A DNA stretch of 63,123 nt, filler included, from Rhabdomonas costata (taxonomy: Eukaryota): the NCBI GenBank assembly GCA_019059605.1. It is 43 parts of 43 records of this genome, joined end to end, with 100 filler letters (N's around TTAATTAATTAA, not from the genome) between each part and the next. Parts side by side here need not be neighbours in the genome. Positions count along the whole stretch, not along the records: positions 36,768 to 38,137 come from JAHMHO010017955.1; positions 38,238 to 39,607 come from JAHMHO010017956.1; positions 39,708 to 41,077 come from JAHMHO010017957.1; positions 41,178 to 42,547 come from JAHMHO010017958.1; positions 42,648 to 44,017 come from JAHMHO010017959.1; positions 44,118 to 45,487 come from JAHMHO010017960.1; positions 45,588 to 46,957 come from JAHMHO010017961.1; positions 47,058 to 48,421 come from JAHMHO010017962.1; 35 more parts are not named here. One strand, written 5' to 3'. The first letter of the stretch is position 1. Each line of letters begins with the position of its first letter. Below the pieces are notes generated by a model. That model made no database searches and was not told where the DNA came from. It worked only from the letters and a program-made list of their open reading frames with translations. Positions 37,801 to 52,030 of this stretch are shown in pieces. The position numbers were made by a program, and so were the translations under genes.

Positions 37801-40800
37801 TAACGCTGGAAACCCACCGCATTCTCGCATGCAACGTCACAGCCACACTCACACAAACTCATATGCGCGCCACACGCTTGCTTCTGCAGTGAGCAGCTTC
37901 CGCGGCCTGGACCTGGCGGCGGTGTCCTCTCGGGGCGAGGAACTTCAGCAGCTCATTGCAGAGACATCTGAAGGTGGGTTCAGGCCCCTGATGCCTGATG
38001 CTTAAGTCACATGCACATAGTGGCAAGGGATGCACGCACAACCTTCCTGGGGTGCGCCGCAGGTATAGCAAACGGCCTGTTACAACTGAGATCCGTGCTG
38101 CTTGTAGTTGCGTGGCTCACTGGGACGCAGCGTCCCCNNNNNNNNNNNNNNNNNNNNNNNNNNNNNNNNNNNNNNNNNNNNTTAATTAATTAANNNNNNN
38201 NNNNNNNNNNNNNNNNNNNNNNNNNNNNNNNNNNNNNTTTGTGTTTACTTTTCAGTAATTTGTATGACGCATTCTGCGGTTGGAAAATTTGTACGTCTAT
38301 GAAAGGGGGGGAGTTCTCCTAGTGACTATATTCATCTTTATTCAATTATTCATGGCTCTCCATTGCCTTTCTCTGCTCTTATGCTTTTTGTGGGATGTTT
38401 TGGTTTTTCGAGATTCTTTCCGTGGGGTCGAGCTGTGCTCGCGGTGTCTATGCCGCTTCCATGTGAGCGGTGAACAGTTTTTAACATGAGATGCTGACGC
38501 CAAAGTGAGAGGGCTGACGCCTGCTTTGCAGGGCCGTCGTGCACGAATCTCACTGTCCTTTTTCTCACTCTTTTTTTTCCGTGTTCTCTGGTTGGCTTAA
38601 TTCTCGGTTTTTGGCTGCCTTCTCTTTTCGCTCTTGGCGTATGGAGAAAGCAGACAAGGGAAGGTTGTGGACCCACTCCCTTTTGTCTTATCAGATTCCT
38701 CCACTACCCCCGTCCTCACTACACATACATAATTATGCTCCCCGAGGAAATTCCACGGCACCATGTCATTACTCGTCCTTGGTGTGGAAAGTCGAATGAT
38801 TATCGCTCTTGCCTGTGAAGAGCAGAGGGTTGGTTTGGGGAAACCGGATTCTTCTTGTTTTCATTTCATCCCTGTTCTGAATGCAGACCAAAGATGAAGG
38901 TCGGCGGTAGGGTACCACGGCAACCACGGCGAGCCATTTGCCATCCTCAACAGACTGTGTACGGGATCATTCACGGGATGGGCCCGCTATGAACCGCTGA
39001 GTGTATATGGATCCGCAGTCTTTTTCTCGGTCTGTGCACTGACGCGGGTGGTCGTAGCAAAGGTCGGCATGTATCCTTCTCGGAAAGAACCCAGTAAGTT
39101 GGGGTTGGGGGTTTTCTTCTCAGGGTCTTTAATCTGTGTGTGCAGCGAACCTCCCACCTGTGCCCGACTTTCCCTGCGGCTCTCTCGCTTAGTTTCACTT
39201 TTTCACTTTTTCACTTTTTCACTTTTTCACGGCTTCCCCACTGCTCTCCCTGTTCTTCTTATCCGTTGTCCCTGCCCTTTCCACTTGTCTCAACGTTGAT
39301 TGACAACTTGTTGACAACTGTTCAGCTGAATGCACTTTGAGATTTGTACCAGAGCCACAGGGAGTACAGATGGAGTGAACGGATCGGGAGTAACCGGAGC
39401 TGATATAAATTCTCGGCGGCTGGAAATCTAGTACCAGGATCTGACTGAAACCTTTGATGTCAGTGATACGGAACCAAAATCAAACCAAAATCAAAATCAG
39501 AATCAAAGCCCAATTTCCTTGGCAGGTTGAAGTGCGTCCATCTATTTCCTTCCCTCCGCCCAGCGGTGGAACGAAAAGCCGACTCTCGAAAAAGGCCACA
39601 AAAACCCNNNNNNNNNNNNNNNNNNNNNNNNNNNNNNNNNNNNNNNNNNNNTTAATTAATTAANNNNNNNNNNNNNNNNNNNNNNNNNNNNNNNNNNNNN
39701 NNNNNNNGCCAAATATTCCGAATAAGCTTTCCCATTTCGGAGAGAAGGGTGTGCGAAAAGCGATTCAAATCAGGACGTTTCCCTTCTTCGGGTTCGTGAC
39801 CCTGTCCGTGACCCTGACGGCGAAGTTCAAGAACAAGCCTTCATCAATACCCGAAAGCGCTTTCGTCATGCGCGTGGTTTTTAATGACGTAATTCGGCAC
39901 GTACGGACACAAACCCAAAACTCCACGCAGAGCTTTCAATTTCTTGGACATAGGTCTTCGCTCCACGGCAGTTAGCTTCGAGGCGTGCCCCCCGAGAGGA
40001 GGTGGCCGCAGAACTCCACCTCTGAGCGGAAGAACCTGCACTTGTCGAGCGCCAGGTTCAAGCGGAAAGAACGACAAGGAAGAGTACTCAGAGGCCGCAG
40101 AAGCTCTGTGGAACCGAGCAGGGGCCTTCATAATAACATGACTCTTCACTGGGAGGTCACTCGCGGTCGGCAACAACCAGTGGAACCTGAAGTATCCGTG
40201 CTTCAGGTTCAGCACGCTGAACACTTGACACCATGACACCGGCATGACACTGGGACTGAACACCTGGTAGAAGCTGACGGTAAACTTCCAAACTCACCTC
40301 GAGGAATCTGGAAAAAGAACTGGGCAATTGTAGCCCTCACCTTGTGTAAGGTGGCGGTCACCACAGGAAGGTTCACAAAATCCTCACCATGCGCCCTTCG
40401 TGCAGCTCAATGTCCCGTTCCTTGTTGACATCAATCTGCATGAGAAACAAAAATGCGAATCGGGGAGACCAAAATGCGATGCAGAAGCGTGCACAAAAAA
40501 GACGAAGCCAAAATTTTGCCCCAGGTTCAGGTTCAGGTCAGGTGTGTGTCTGCACCACACAACCGCGGTGTACCGATCGGTTTATAACTCCCACCATGGT
40601 GGGACGGGTCTGCGAATAGGTTCGAAGGTGAATCAGAATTCTCATTCTTGCTATCGCCCACGTTGGTTGCTATCGGCGAACCCTGACCTTTTGTTTGAGC
40701 TCGGCAGCATGTTCTGTCGGCGCTCTGACAACAAATGCTACCGTCGGGACTTTGGTTAGGTTGCTTTTGCGACCCTTGCTACCCAATGCACCCTTCAGTA

Positions 40801-43800
40801 AAAAATTCCTTTCACAAAAAATTCCTTTCTCCGCTGGGCACATTACACTGACCGAACGCAAACACACCTGAACATGCAACTCACGATTCCATTCAGACAG
40901 TACACCACTCAGCCCCATCCCTAAAATGAGGGAGGTCTTGTCGTAGGCGCACGGGACCACGTTGCTCATCCGGAAGGCTCCCCGAACTTGGGAACGGAGG
41001 AGGGAATATTGACCATCAAACGGCGAAAAACTGCTAATAAGCCCTGTAACCTCTATATTCCAAGTATTGGGGTGATTNNNNNNNNNNNNNNNNNNNNNNN
41101 NNNNNNNNNNNNNNNNNNNNNTTAATTAATTAANNNNNNNNNNNNNNNNNNNNNNNNNNNNNNNNNNNNNNNNNNNNGTGTTGGTGTGTTTGGGTTGTGG
41201 TGGTCCTGCTTGTTTGTTTTTTCCTAAGTCTGTCACCGGCCGCCTGCCCCAAGTCTCTCCCCTTGATGTTTTGCTGCCCTTCTTGTATCTTGGGTTTTGC
41301 ATGCTGGATGGCATTCCATTATGAAAGCCCCAGCAGTCGTGATTGGTGGCTACCCCTGTTCTGACTTGGCGGTGAAGAACACCCCCAGCACACAAAAAAG
41401 GTCCAGGAAATCCCTAACCAAGGCGCGCGAGCTAATGCACTCCGGCGGTTTCCCTCGGATTCTCTGTGGAGCTGATCGCTTTCCGGGCACGAGCAGCTGT
41501 GTGCACTGATCCAATACCTTCATTTGAGGAGCTGGGGCAGTGGTATGTGTCTTCCTCCCCCCTTCCAGCTGCTCGATTCATTGCATGCAGCAAGCAAGCC
41601 TTGGCTTTTGTCCCACGCCCTCTCGTCAAATACATAGGAAGTACGAAAAAAAAAACGAAAAAAAACGATGCAAGTAAAAAATGCCGTCGACATCAAAGTT
41701 CCCAAATTATTCGTGCAACTAATTTCAGAAATCGCCAACAGAAGCATCTTTCCTCGGCATTCCTTCCCATGCATCCCTGGCAAAGTCCACGCCATTTCCA
41801 CTGGGAACACAGCCACGCACTGCTGGACCCCTTTTCTCTCGCCCGGACCGGGTAAGGGGGTCCCGACGCGTCGACAGGAGAGGAGAGGGGATTGCCGTCC
41901 TCATCGGCGGGATCTGAGGCAGTCGAAGTGGAAGAAGTGCTCGCCATATGCTTTGCGCTATTTTCCGCGGGTAGGATTTTGCCCAAGGGGCGTTCGCGAC
42001 GAGACGGACACAAAAGAAAAGAAAAGGTGATAGCGATCTGTAAAAAAGCAACTTTGAGTCCGAAAATATGGCGGTGTTTAAGCATCACTCCAGCTCACCG
42101 CATGCCTCACCCCTGTTGTGGGTTCACATGTCCGTCTCGTTTCCTGCGAATATTCAGAAGCAAAAAAATTACCTCCCCAAAACTCCCATGGAAAGCCACC
42201 AGTATTTATGTCACCGTGTCACCGTGGCGGGGATCAACAACAACCCAGTGTCTTGACTATCGCTGAATGAAGAGTGCCGCCGAGTGCTCCACACAGTCAT
42301 TCTTGGGGGACGCCCGCAACCACAATTATTACACCCCCCCCCCAAAAAAAAAGGCGGCCGTAATTTACTTGTCAGAAACCGAACATTCGAACAGTGTCCG
42401 CAAGCAAAACGTTCTGCACGATCGCCTCGGCTCCCATGGACATCATCCAAAATTACACCGATTGAGCAAACTTAAGCGAACTTACAGTCCCAGAAGCAAA
42501 ATTCCCTTGAACAGCAAAGGTGCAATAGCACAGCTCTCCACTGCCACNNNNNNNNNNNNNNNNNNNNNNNNNNNNNNNNNNNNNNNNNNNNTTAATTAAT
42601 TAANNNNNNNNNNNNNNNNNNNNNNNNNNNNNNNNNNNNNNNNNNNNGTTGTGGGGGGTGCAGGAGAAATGGGCATGGGTGGACCGTTGGTGCACCCCCA
42701 AGAAGTAAAAGAGGTAAAAATGCCTTTTATTTGCTGGTCGTATACGCCCTCGTGTGCACTCGGTCGTATACTCCCTACAAGTATGAAAGCCAAATACTGA
42801 ACCCCTCGTCTCGAAGCATACGCTCCTCGACTTGGGGGCACTTAGGAGCCTCGCTGCGTTTCGTTTTGTTTTGGGTAAAATGTCTGAAGTCAAAGTTTGC
42901 GCGGTGACGTCTACCCCTTAGATCATTAGCCGTTCGCATTGTTGGAATGCGTTTTTTGGATTTCGTAACTTTAGTTTGGTTCCCCGTTTCCCGTCTCTTA
43001 CGTGCGGCCGGATTGACAGATACTCCAGAAAGATCTTCACTTCCGAGATCATTTTTGTGCCGCCCATCACCACGAAGCCCAGCACGCACTGATTGACAGG
43101 GACTGGCATGAAATAACTTCCAGCAAAGCAGTCAAAGACAACACTAGGTCTTTCAACACATGTCCATCTGTCACACCACCACCTCCAACTCTACTCAACC
43201 AAATCCAGTCGCGAGAAGAGAGATTATACAGGATGGTACACGTATAAAAAAAAGCACAAACCAAAGCAAAGCGGGCCGTGGTCCATTCCGCGATTGCGCC
43301 TTCAAGCGGTGGTTTGCTGAAGAGACTGGCTGCGAGAGCCGAAGCAGCCGAGGCGGCACAACAGCGCCGTGTACCCCGAAAGGGTGTCCTCGCCTGCTGC
43401 TCGCCCACGCCGCACTCTCCCTCCATTCCTCGCTGGAGATATCCCCGTCCCGGAGAGCCAGCCGGTACCCAGTGCCGCGGGTGTGTGGGGGTGAGACCCG
43501 CCACACCCACAGGCTTCCTCAAAGGCACATGCCTCGGTGACTCTCGCTCCAAGCCCACCGGTGCGTCGCTTCGAGACGCGCGTCGGGCTGACCAGGGGAA
43601 AAGGGGTCTGCTCCATTGGATGGGGAAGGGGCTTTCCGCCGAACAGTTCTCACGGCCACTGCACAAGGTTTTGGGAACACGCTTGCTCTGCTCCGCAAGC
43701 GGGAGCTTCACAGAGAACCAGAACCGAATCCGCCACACACGGCGCCCTACACCACAGAACCACCTTTTATTGTTTTGAAAATAGCGAAGCAAAAAGGACC

Positions 43801-44158
43801 AAAAAGTGGATGCTAAGCAGTCAGAATTATAGTCATTTAGGTCTCAAGGATCTATTGGAAAGCGTGAACTCAAGTTCGGGATATCACATCCAGAACGGAT
43901 CTCTCGTTCCAGTAATACCTTACCGCTGCCTATCACCACAACAAAGCATTTATCAGTTTTGTACTCTTCAACGCGGGAATATGCCGGCGTGAAGCGATCA
44001 GGTGATGAAAACAAACANNNNNNNNNNNNNNNNNNNNNNNNNNNNNNNNNNNNNNNNNNNNTTAATTAATTAANNNNNNNNNNNNNNNNNNNNNNNNNNN
44101 NNNNNNNNNNNNNNNNNGTGTGGGTGGAGGGGTGGCTGTTGCAGGGGAATCGAGGTAC

Positions 44159-44750
44159 CAGCCGTTCAGCGCGGTGAGCATCTTTCCGATGTCATCCGGT
44201 CGGATGTCCCGTCCTATTGTGTCCAGTACCTCCACCTGTGTGCGTTGATGTGCACAAGGGGGCAAAAAGAAAAGGCGCCCCCCCCCCCGCTTATCGGCGC
44301 CTTATGCCCGAAAACAACTTGCATACGCTCAAAGAAAGAGCTTTGTGTCCGTGTCCGTGTGTGTATGTGTTGGGTTTGCCTGGTATGGCTGTTGAAGACC
44401 GCTGTACGCTGTAGACTGACGGGTGCACGCGATGCTGGCCACGGGTGCTCGCGAAAGGTACCATTGGAGCGAATGAAGCCGTGGGGTAACGGCTCAGTAC
44501 CAAACATTCCACATATGACAGCCTCCCTTCTGCCCCGGTGCTTTCTTGTGCAGCTGCTCTGTGTGTTTGTATGTGTGTGTTCAATGTGTGTGTGTGTGTG
44601 TTTGGACAAATGCCAATGGTTTACCGTGCGCGCGCGCTGGTCCAGCTTCGCGGTGATCAGCCCGTGGGTGTTGGTGTCAATCAGAAGGTCCTCCAAGGAC
44701 CTCAGGTCCGCCAACTCCAAGCACCCCAGCAGCACATCATAGGAAATTAT
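44159..44750 (-). CDS. CSN7: COP9 signalosome subunit 7 (PCI domain), two exons
   Basis: Exon 44750-44625 ISYDVLLGCLELADLRSLEDLLID...LITAKLDQR; exon 44235-44159 VEVLDTIGRDIRPDDIGKMLTALNGW. Confidence 0.88.
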
Positions 44751-45307
44751 CTGTAGGGGATCGCAAAAGCAGCGTCCCCCCTCTCACCCCTGAATTCCGA
44801 GCCGCCGCAGCGCGCAGTGTTGGAGCTGTTCTTCTCGCACGACCCATTCTTTTCTCCTCACCCTTCCTGCGCTCTCTGCGTTGACCTAACCTACACACAG
44901 CACTGTGTTGACTTTCCGCTCCCTCTCTGACTCTCGACATCATCTTGTGGGCCGCCTCTATTCGCTTGCTTTTCTCCCCCTTCTCATCTTTGTTTCAACT
45001 CTATTGGTGCCACTGCATATCACCAGCACTGTGCCTTTGCCTGCACCGGTACCCTGAATTACTGCTGTGATTTTCTTTCAGTGTTAGGGCTGTTAAGGAC
45101 AACTTGGACAATTCGGAAGTTTGAAGAATCGTCCTACGCCCAATGTCCCCCACACATCTTAGATGAGGTCACGGTGACGTGGACTGGCCACTATACGCAT
45201 ATCTGGGGGTTTCCATACCTATCGAAGACTTTGGCGTCCACAGTATTTCATACCCCCCCCCCCGTTTTCTTTAGTGAATGTCCTCGTTCTTCGAACCCAC
45301 AGGTAGT

Positions 45308-45481
45308 GTGTCTGGCAATAGCACAGCATGTGTATGAGCATGAGACGTAGATACATATCCAACTGATATCCAACTGATACCAACGCTATTCTTTTTATTC
45401 ATGCATGGGTATCAGTTGGATATCAGTTGGATATGTATCTACGTCTCATGCTCATACACATGCTGTGCTATTGCCAGACAC
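45308..45481. repeat. Perfect inverted repeat, 74-bp arms, 26-bp loop, at contig end
   Basis: 45308-45381 is the reverse complement of 45408-45481. Confidence 0.9.
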
Positions 45482-45587
45482 CCAACCNNNNNNNNNNNNN
45501 NNNNNNNNNNNNNNNNNNNNNNNNNNNNNNNTTAATTAATTAANNNNNNNNNNNNNNNNNNNNNNNNNNNNNNNNNNNNNNNNNNNN

Positions 45588-46797
45588 GGGGTTGTTGGCG
45601 GCCGTCACGGGCTCGCTGGTTGGGGTCGGAGTGCTGGCTCTTCCGGCGCTGGTTCGGTACAGCGGCAGCCTAGGGGCCGCCCTGGCCACCCTGCTAGGGT
45701 GCGCCGCGACGAACTGCATCGCAGGGCATCTGGTACCCCATTCTCTCCCCTGGCCTGCAACCCATGTGTGAGTTGTGCAGAAGGAAGAGAACCAGAAAGA
45801 GGTAAAGGGAGAAGTCAGGGGCAAGCTCTGGCGCAATGGAAGTTGGGGTGGGGGGAGTGGTAACCGTTACCATTGGTAACTAACCAGTGGTAACAGTGGT
45901 AACAGCAAACCAGTGGTAGCTTATCCGCTTATGCGCTTATCCTAAAAACGGTGAATTAACATATAAACAGCTCCAAATGACTTTGTTTTATGTTAAGGGG
46001 TGAGGTAAACTTTGCCCGTGCTCCTTAGATGAGTGTTTTTGCTTAGCATCTCAACACTGCTTCTGGCTGAGGACTCACCCATTGTCAGCCTTATTTTTGG
46101 GTGCATGCCAGCGTCGCGGCGGCGGGAGGAACTATAAACAAACACTTTTGACTATTTTGATTATCATTTTGTATGCCTTCTATAAGCGTTCAGCGGCACC
46201 CGTCCATGGCGAAACTCAGTCTCAGCTGCCCACGCCCTCCTCCATTTCAGCACCACACGAGCACGAACTTCGAGTACTCACGCGAAAGAGATGATCCCTC
46301 GGGAATATAGGGAAACAAGAATTCTGGTCTGTGGTGGTTTCCCACTTAAGCATCTTACAAGTTTACAGCCTACACCAGCACACCCTGGGCACCATCAGAA
46401 TTCTCTACATTCCTTTTCGTTCAGGCTTGGGTTCATGTAGGCAACTGTGTTCAACGGACATTTTGTCTGAGATAATCTGTGTACCTGTGCTATGTATTGG
46501 TTATGTTTTTTCGTTTCGATTGCTATGGAGCTGTGGAGCCGTTTCGGCATACTTTCCTGGCTCCTCCTTATTCTGTTCGAACAGCTGGGGCGGGTACTGG
46601 TGACGGACCAGAGCCTGTGCGCGTACTCCGACGTGATCTGCGCTGCGTTTGGCCGCGCGGCGATTCCCGCGGTGGCCATGGCGTGCTGGCTGAGGCAGTT
46701 TGCCGTCCTCCTGGCCCTGGCCACGGTGCTGCAGCAGTGCCTTCCCCGCTACGGGGAGTGGCCCGCCGCGGTCCTCTCCAGTGGTCCCCCATCGCAG
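45588..46797 (+). CDS. Amino-acid transporter (Aa_trans/AAAP family), two exons
   Basis: GSLVGVGVLALPALVRYSGSLG in the exon ending 45732; exon 46585-46797 AYSDVICAAFGR plus a TM segment; phase-0 join. Confidence 0.72.
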
Positions 46798-48969
46798 GTC
46801 AGCTTGAATGAGATTGTGGAAGTGCGGAACGTAAGCATTACAACGTTACCGAATATGTTCCGGTTTCGAATGCGGAATAAGGTTCTCTGAAGAGTTCTGG
46901 AATGAAGATGGGGTGTATGCCCCCACCCCACCCCCGGAATCCACCCTACCAACCACANNNNNNNNNNNNNNNNNNNNNNNNNNNNNNNNNNNNNNNNNNN
47001 NTTAATTAATTAANNNNNNNNNNNNNNNNNNNNNNNNNNNNNNNNNNNNNNNNNNNNGTGTGTGTGTGGCCTTCGCATTTCACCACGAAGTGGTGGTGTG
47101 AGACCTTTTTGCACGGCTGGTTGGTTGCCTTTTCTCCTTTATCCCTTTTCTCCTTTATCAGATTAGAGATACAATGATGAATTCTGGTCCTCGTACGTCC
47201 CGCCTCGAATTTTACAGACAGTAGAATGCAGAAGAATCGCCCTGAAACGTCTTGTTGTCATTGTAGGGCATGTACGCTTCCGCAGTTTCGCTTGCAGCTC
47301 AGGTTTTAGCGGAAGTTTTGGTTGTTTATGAGCCCTTTTTGCCTTTACATAAGCTTGGAAGGACCGATTTTTTTACGCTTGCTTTTCCTTCGGCTTGGGT
47401 TTTGGTAAGAGAAAGAACACTAGGCTGTCACATCGTCTGCCGACCTGCACGCCGGTGCGCCAGCAATGATTTTTTCTGTCATTGCTTTTTACTGCAGAGC
47501 TCGTCTGCAGTGGATGGCACACCCGACACCAGGTTTCCCGCCTTTCCCGCGTTCCCAGGTTTTTCCGCGCCAGTTCCTGAAGGTTTCCAAAATGGAGGAT
47601 GCAAGTTGAACCAATCAGTAGTCAGAGGCCATCATGGTGGGCATGGGTTGCCTCGGATTTCGAGGGGAGATGGGGATCCCAGCTTGGGTGCATTATTGTT
47701 GGGAGTCCGATACATATCTGTATGAAGGGGGGTGCCAAACCGTTCTCTCAAGACGTGAGTCGACAAGCTTTTTTGCCGATTACAGTCTCACCACTGTATC
47801 GGAAACGTCAGTGGAAAAGCATCTCAGCATCAGCAAGTGGTTTCAGTGATGGCTTCGAATTGCCCCCTTTCCCAGATAGGTCCCCATATCCTTGGCTATT
47901 GCTGCCCAGTGAATCCCAAAAAGGTGGGGCCGTGGGGTTTAATTCGATCTGGGTCCGTTTACCACTGGCTCATTGTGCGTTTCAGTTTCACTGGGACTGT
48001 TTCAAATTGCTGAGAGCTGTCATTTTTTCTCTGCCGCTGCAGGACTGACACAAAGGTTCCGCTGCTGGGCCGGGCAGTTTTCCTGCTTCCCCCCTCGCCG
48101 CCATCGAGGCAGATCTTGCTGGTGCCTGTGGTTTCCAGCGACGGCGTCACCACGGTTGTTGCTTCTTGGTTTCTTGGTTTCGAAGTGCAGCGGCGCTCAT
48201 CGCACCTTTTTTCCGCTTCACATCTGGGGCAGGGTGTACTCGACTCAGAAATACGATGCACTTTAATTGCCACCTTGTCGTCATAAATACCCTCCCCCCT
48301 CCCCCTCAAAATTATATGTAAATCATGTCTTTCTAGGGTCGGGAAAACAATACACCTAACCCATTTTGCTAAATGTCTGTCAAGTGCATTTCGAGGTTAT
48401 TGGCACAGATCACCTAAACCCNNNNNNNNNNNNNNNNNNNNNNNNNNNNNNNNNNNNNNNNNNNNTTAATTAATTAANNNNNNNNNNNNNNNNNNNNNNN
48501 NNNNNNNNNNNNNNNNNNNNNTTAGCAGGTGAGGACAGTAACCCGCAGAAGACAGACCCAGACCGACGCGCAATGCGCAGTTAAATACTGGAAGCCATCC
48601 GGAGCCACCGTCACGTGCGATGCGGTCGGTGCCTCTGATTGGCAATGCTACGCCTCTTCCGCGTGTGTTGCGGACAGCGAAGAAGAAGCCGGCTCTGTTG
48701 CGACAGCCAGTGAGGGGTGGTAGTACCAGTATGGTTATCAGGAGTGAGAACGTGGAGGTGCTTGAATCACCCATACAGAAAAAAAGAGTGATGGAGAAAG
48801 GTTTTGAGCAGTTAACGCTGGGAGATCGACCAGGAATGCTAACACTACCGTATTCTTCTTCGTTTTCTTAACCCCCTTTTTTGCAACCACTACCGGTTTT
48901 CTACCCAAAGAACTAAGACTGAAAGCTTTGTTTCACCGAAGTTGAAGTTTCCATTGAAGAACACTTGGG

Positions 48970-49320
48970 AAAAATGTCGGATCCAGGAGCTTCAGATTGT
49001 TACCTTTGGGAATTATGTAGTGCCCGCCATGTTGGATTCATGAACTTCAGATTGCTTTATGGGCAAAGCCCTGGTCACTGAACTGCAACTCCCGCGCAAG
49101 CGTCTAAAGCAGCTGATGTCAGTCAGAGTCGCTAACGGAACCACCTCGGTGGTCGCAATTTGTCCGGGTCTCCTCATTGTGTATCCTGATCCTGATGAAG
49201 AAGACACCCATGGCAGTCCTTTTCAACTTGTCCTGCCATCCGAAGATCAAAGTATAGATCTAATGCCCCCAGCCAGTACAACAACCAATGGGACCGGCAA
49301 TATTTGAACAAAACAGTAGA
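48970..49320 (+). mobile_element. Highly degenerate Ty3/Gypsy aspartic protease remnant
   Basis: AMLDS*TSDCFMGKALV.ELQLPRKRLKQLMSVRVANG (TGA at 49041 replaces the Gly of DSG); parallels the protease at 2947. Confidence 0.7.
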
Positions 49321-50333
49321 CAAGTTTCCGAATCCTCAGACTCAGCAGCAAGTGATCCTGCGCCGTATGCCAGGGAGCATTTACCTCCAGTGGGTGAGAA
49401 ATCCTCTCCAGTGAAATAGCGTTCATCCCCGCCATTAACAGCTAACGACTACTTAGACGAAGACCCCTTTGACTTTGCACGTGCAGTACGCAACCAAATG
49501 CCACTGAGTTATGCAAGACAATTGCCTCTAACGACACCACCTGTTACACAAACCTTCTGAGTTGCCTGCCTGGGACCATCCCGTACCTAACGCGCAACCA
49601 GTGTCCTGACTAACGGAATCAGCACCCTTGCAAAATGTTGTTACTGAGCCTCCAGGTCCACTGACTCCGGAGGATTTTCCTCCACTAAAGGATGAGGATC
49701 ACGATTCACTCCCTTGGCACGAGTTTGATCCCACGTCTATCCCAGGTACCACCCCATAAAAGGCCTCGCTTTGGATTCGCACGGCTCGAGCCTCAACCGA
49801 GGAAGGGCCGAAGACGATGCGCTTTCCTCCGCCACCAAGACCTCAATGATTTCCGCACCAAGTCCTAACGCCTTGATTCACCCACCACAACNNNNNNNNN
49901 NNNNNNNNNNNNNNNNNNNNNNNNNNNNNNNNNNNTTAATTAATTAANNNNNNNNNNNNNNNNNNNNNNNNNNNNNNNNNNNNNNNNNNNNGTTTTTGCC
50001 TTTGCCTGTGTGCAGGGGGACTGATACACCAATATGTATGGTTATCTCATTTATGCATGCCCCGAGTCAGGTTAAAATTGAGAGTTCAGCACGGTTTGAA
50101 TGGGGTTTGTTTTACACTAATGGTGTGCGGGAAAGAGATTTGGACGGGGACGGTGGTCGTATTGCCAGACCTTATTCCCGTGCATCTCGTGTGGTTGGAG
50201 AACCCGATCGAAGAGTCATTGACCTCAGTCTTTAACTTCTTCGGCTCATATGTGTGTTGATTTTGAGGGCCCCCCTTTTGGTGCTCTTGCTTTAAGCCGC
50301 CCTCTCTGGGGTCTACTTGTGTGTGTGGAACAG

Positions 50334-50450
50334 GAGAACCCTTTGCTGGCGTTTTTCTGCAAGAAGTTTGTGCTGGACAAGGCCAAGCAGAGCCTTCCGG
50401 CGAAGCCCGACCCCACCGCCACACAGTTCATGGTTGATCTGCAGAATGAG
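50334..50450 (+). CDS. VTA1/LIP5-like N-terminal MIT-domain exon
   Basis: cag|ENPLLAFFCKKFVLDKAKQSL...TQFMVDLQNE|gt resembles Vta1 DP.VAYYC..YA.........FL..L.D.LE. Confidence 0.5.
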
Positions 50451-51172
50451 GTCGACGGATAACGGGAAGGTTAGGGAGGGGAGCGAAATGGCGTCCCATG
50501 CCACACGAGGAGGAGAGGCAACAATCTAGCGCTGCCACAATTTCTACTCTTCAAACGGGTGATTGTTGTTACATTCACAATCCTTTCAACCCTCAGCGCA
50601 CAAAAGTCCCCCCACCCCTAAAGGGGTGTGTGTGCAGTGTCCTTGGGACCCTGCGAGTGCGGAATGTTGGGTACCCACAAAGAGATCTCTGAACGCTTTT
50701 TTTAAGGGGGCTTCTTTTTTTTTCTTTTTTCAAGCTCGCTTGGGTCGTCGCACCCCCGGCCCTTAATCACTGCGAGCTTGGACGAACCATGGTGAACATA
50801 AGCACAAACAAACAAGGGGAAAACCCGCCCATGGCGGTCTCTATCTCCGCTTGCAAACACTGCAAGAATGCAGGAAACTCCCGAACGAGAACCCGCCCTA
50901 GGCGGTCACTTTCTCCTCTTGCTCGACTGGATGAGAGTGTGTGTGCGTGCGTGTGACAGTGACAAAAAGGAGAAGAAAGTTTGTCCCCGGCCCGCTGGTG
51001 CGTGTTGGGGGGGGGGGTCTGGGCGCAGAGAAGGGCGTTCCTGATGAGCAACCTTTATTCGACTCTAAATTGAGTGTCATGATCACCTATGTGCCAAAAT
51101 GTGCCAAATGGTGTGTGGGTACCTGGATTTATATATTCGGCATTACTTTAGAATTGTACCCACGGCCAGGAA

Positions 51173-51244
51173 CCCTAACCCTAACTGTATCCCTAACCCT
51201 AACCCTAACCCTAACCCTAACCCTAACCCTAACCCTAACCCTAA
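51173..51244. repeat. Interstitial telomeric-type (CCCTAA)n array
   Basis: 2 units, CTGTAT, then 9 perfect units; non-telomeric sequence on both sides. Confidence 0.9.
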
Positions 51245-52030
51245 CCCCCAAAGGTAACGTCAAAGAAGTAAATAAAAACATGTCACTGAAAGTAGCCGTC
51301 TCGGATGTGCTCACATAAGGCAATAAAAGGGTCCAAGGAGCCGATGTTGCTCCTCATCTCAAAAAACAANNNNNNNNNNNNNNNNNNNNNNNNNNNNNNN
51401 NNNNNNNNNNNNNTTAATTAATTAANNNNNNNNNNNNNNNNNNNNNNNNNNNNNNNNNNNNNNNNNNNNGGTTTGGGTTCTTGTGGCCTCCAGTTACTTT
51501 CAGGAGGTTTTTTTGATGTTCTGCTGGATGCTTCGTTGGATTCTTTTCATTGCGGTTGGTTGCGCTCTAAGCCAATGTTGCCAAAAAGAGACAGTAGGCT
51601 GCAGAGCTTTCTTATGGCGTGAGTTTTCCAAAATGGAAAACGGAAAGCAAAGACGGCACCCCCCAGTCCTAAACGTTTCTAAGGGGCAATTAAAATTGAT
51701 TTGTGCCATTTCTTGTGTGGCACCTTTTGACCAAAAATCGTGTGGTCGTTGGGGTAAATAATGTAATGTAGGTTTCCTGCATCTCCACTTTTTCCCGCAC
51801 TTATCCCCGTAGTTTTTTCGCTTTCTTGCCAACTCTGTCAAGCAATCCTCTGGACAATGTTGCTTGCTCTTGCACCATGTTTGTTCGGGGATGTTCTCCC
51901 TGGCTATCTTTCAGTTTCTCCTGTTTAGATGCCATTTTTATGGAGTGGTGGGTGGGAGAGGTGGGTGGCCTCGGATGCAGCAGGCGTGTCTCAGTCCTTT
52001 CTCTCTGCTGGTTTTCTTCTGTATCCTGAG

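Noticed and set aside
43067-43792. 241-aa ORF and overlapping ORFs
   Set aside because: GC-rich open frames on both strands without a recognisable motif or convincing splice borders; strand undecidable.
51173-51244. True chromosome end
   Set aside because: Non-telomeric sequence continues on both sides.
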